Position numbers and translations under genes: made by a program. From Botryllus schlosseri (Eukaryota): a stretch of 64,000 nucleotides of DNA. Positions 61,877-64,000 of this stretch are shown here, one piece after another; the stretch's first letter is position 1; every line of letters begins with the position of its first letter. The notes under the pieces were generated by a model. That model did no database searches, was not told where the DNA came from, and saw only the letters and a program-made list of their open reading frames with translations. The stretch spans positions 13,764,001 to 13,828,000 of the forward strand of contig CM119381.1 of assembly GCA_051294905.1 (NCBI GenBank). Direction: 5' to 3'.

Positions 61877-64000
61877 TGGAGTTAACGTCCATTAGCCCCA
61901 TGCAGCAGCCGTCATGTTGAATATGTTATATTTCATACGTATTCATTGAAGCGTATTTATTGATGTAGTAATAATTTCTTATTCCGATTATTCTATTTGA
62001 GTATCAGGCCCCCGTTATTCCAATTATTTGTCCGCAGTGTCCAGTGTTATGCTTATGAAGTATACGCTAGATATAGAACTCAAATTATTATGTCTGTCAT
62101 CTAGTAACATGCATTTTTTTGTCTGTTTTGACTCAAACTAGACTTCTTTGCTTATCGCTATCAACATAACATAAGACCAGACCATATCATAACATAACAT
62201 AATATTATGGTCTCATATGGACCTATATAACCAGCGGTGGAATAGGAAGTTAATATGATATTGACTTGAGCTGCATTACGTATTGGCGTTTACAATAATA
62301 TATAAACTGTTACTTCCAGTAAGAAGACTTGGTAGTATTGAGTCCAACAGTCTCTCTGCCTATTCTTTTTTGTGCGTGTGTTGGACGCTATGCCGTTGTG
62401 TCTTGTATATATTTATGGATCTATTTATCAGCCGAAAGAGATACACATAATAAATCAACAATGGTGAACAAGATGTGGAGAAAAAGAAAACGTTACGACC
62501 GAGTAGGAATATTTCGAAAGGAAACGCTTTCCAGATATTTACGGCTCTGATAGCCATTTCAATAGTTTTTGTTGTATAGGAAAGTTTTGCAGCAAGAGAA
62601 AAATCCGATTTTATGATGTCATAACGAATGTTTATTTTGGAAGGCACCGTAACCGATGTGGGTGTCGCGAAACAAGAACTAACTACCCATGCATTCGATA
62701 ACGAACTACTAGCAGTCAGAACGCCTGCGAACTCACTTGCGTATAGTATTACGTAACGCTCACTTAAAAACGCAACATCGTGATCAAGGTGGAAATCGTG
62801 GAAGCTCGAAAATACTACGCTACTCCAGCACCGAATGTTACGAAATAAACAATGGCATTTCGGGAGCCAGAATAATCATTAAAATGAGACAAATTATTTC
62901 AAGACAATAATGATTCATTGCACACAAGTTCATAGAGTCGCGGTGGAGTTAACTTCAAAACTGCTATATTGAGAGTCATCTTGAATATGTTAAATTCCAT
63001 ACGTTGTCCCGTGAAACGTGTTTATTGCTGCAGCAATAATATCATATTCCTATTATGTTATTTGAGTAGCAGGTCGACATTATTTCAAATCTTTGCCCGT
63101 AATGTCCAGTATTATGTTTATGTAACATGCTAGATACAGACTACAACTCAAACCCATCTAGTAAGATGTTTTTTTTTTTGTCATTTGTGACTCGCACTGG
63201 ACTTGTTTGCTTATCGCTATTACCACTACATAACATGCCATAACAGAATATAAACGGTCTTTTGGTATATTCATATGGACCTATATCCAATTGTAGCGGT
63301 GGCATATGCAGTTAATAAGTTATGATTTACTTAAACTCAATTATACGTATGTATTTATGTTTACAATAATATATAAACTATTACTTCCGGTAGGAAGATT
63401 TTGTAATGTTGAGTCCACCAATCTCTCTGCTTTTTCGTGTGTTGGACCTTGGACGCAACGTTGTTGTGTTGTGTATGTATTTATGGATTCATTTATCAGT
63501 CGAAAGAGTGACAAATAATAAAACAGTACTAGTGAACAAGATATGGAGAAAAAGAAAACGTTACGACCGAGTAGGAATATTTCGGAAGGAAACACTTTCC
63601 AAATATTTATGTCTTTGATAGCGACATAGTTTTTGTTGTGTAGGTAGGTTTCGGAGCCAGAGAAAAATCCGATTTTATGATGTCATAACCAATGTTTATT
63701 GACGCGACCTACTTTGGAATTTTAGACTTATTATATAACAATTTACTAGCAGGCAGAACGCCTGGGAACTCACTTGCGTATACGTAGCCTACTATAGTAT
63801 TACGTAACGGTCACTTAAAAACGCAACATCGTGATCAAGGTTGAAATCGTGAACGCTCGAAAATACTACGCTACTCCAGCACCGAATGTTACGAAATAAA
63901 CAATGACATTTCGGGAGCCAGAATAATCATTAAAATGAGACAAATTATTTCAAGACAATAATGATTCATTGTACACAAGTTCATAGAGTCGCGGTGGAGT
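61877..64000 (+). repeat. Tandem segmental repeat, period ~1.05-1.07 kb, at least 2 units, runs off the window
   Basis: Anchor TGGAGT(TAAC) recurs at 61877, 62944 and 63995. Blocks 62440-62640 vs 63510-63700 and 62740-62950 vs 63795-64000 align clearly. Confidence 0.92.
62440..63080 (+). pseudogene. Decayed type II membrane sulfotransferase-like sequence (HS2ST/UST-like), repeated in the tandem array
   Basis: Basic N-terminus plus hydrophobic anchor (EKKKTLRPSR...FQIFTALIAISIVFVV). RNIVIKV/NRGSS across a frameshift resembles UST QVVYNRVGKCGSR. YIESHLEYVKF (62966) and RHVEYVIFHTYSLKRIY (61910, previous unit) resemble HS2ST HGHVSYLDFAKFGVKKKPIY. Many stops. Confidence 0.4.

Noticed and set aside
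61381-61920. ORFs of 101-138 aa with GAGAGA/SRSRS/APAP repeats
   Set aside because: Produced by the (GGCTCC)n array of a MITE end and adjacent TE fragments; open in several frames on both strands.

Overview
AT-rich eukaryotic DNA, roughly 37-39% GC by eye (not computed). It is CpG-rich and has a 65-nt intron. An invertebrate chordate such as an ascidian is my inference, not something the sequence proves. One intact gene is clearly supported: an IRF1/IRF2-like interferon regulatory factor on the minus strand, with three coding exons (36412-36238, 36172-36005, 35654-34579; about 472 aa if the Met at 36412 is the start). Most of the rest is transposon debris: many hAT-type MITEs with recognisable TIRs and 8-bp TSDs, often nested 2-3 deep or in tandem; two decayed Buster/Charlie-type transposase genes, one inserted in the other; another hAT C-terminal remnant; a 3-kb element with perfect TIRs just 3' of IRF; a fossil Ty3/Gypsy pol; a Penelope-like RT remnant; and at least 8 copies of one tRNA-derived SINE. 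Weaker host-gene traces are a decayed class A GPCR (~13.9-15.0 kb, minus), a ~1.06-kb tandem array that looks like decayed HS2ST/UST-type sulfotransferase copies (61.9-64 kb), and an orphan candidate terminal exon ending in a CaaX box (7624-7944). I see no rRNA, true tRNA, CRISPR array or prokaryotic feature, and no convincing new multi-gene system. The best leads are the altered IRF recognition helix, the same-site MITE dimer, the intact-ended 3-kb element and the sulfotransferase-like array. Protein family comparisons are from memory and need database confirmation.
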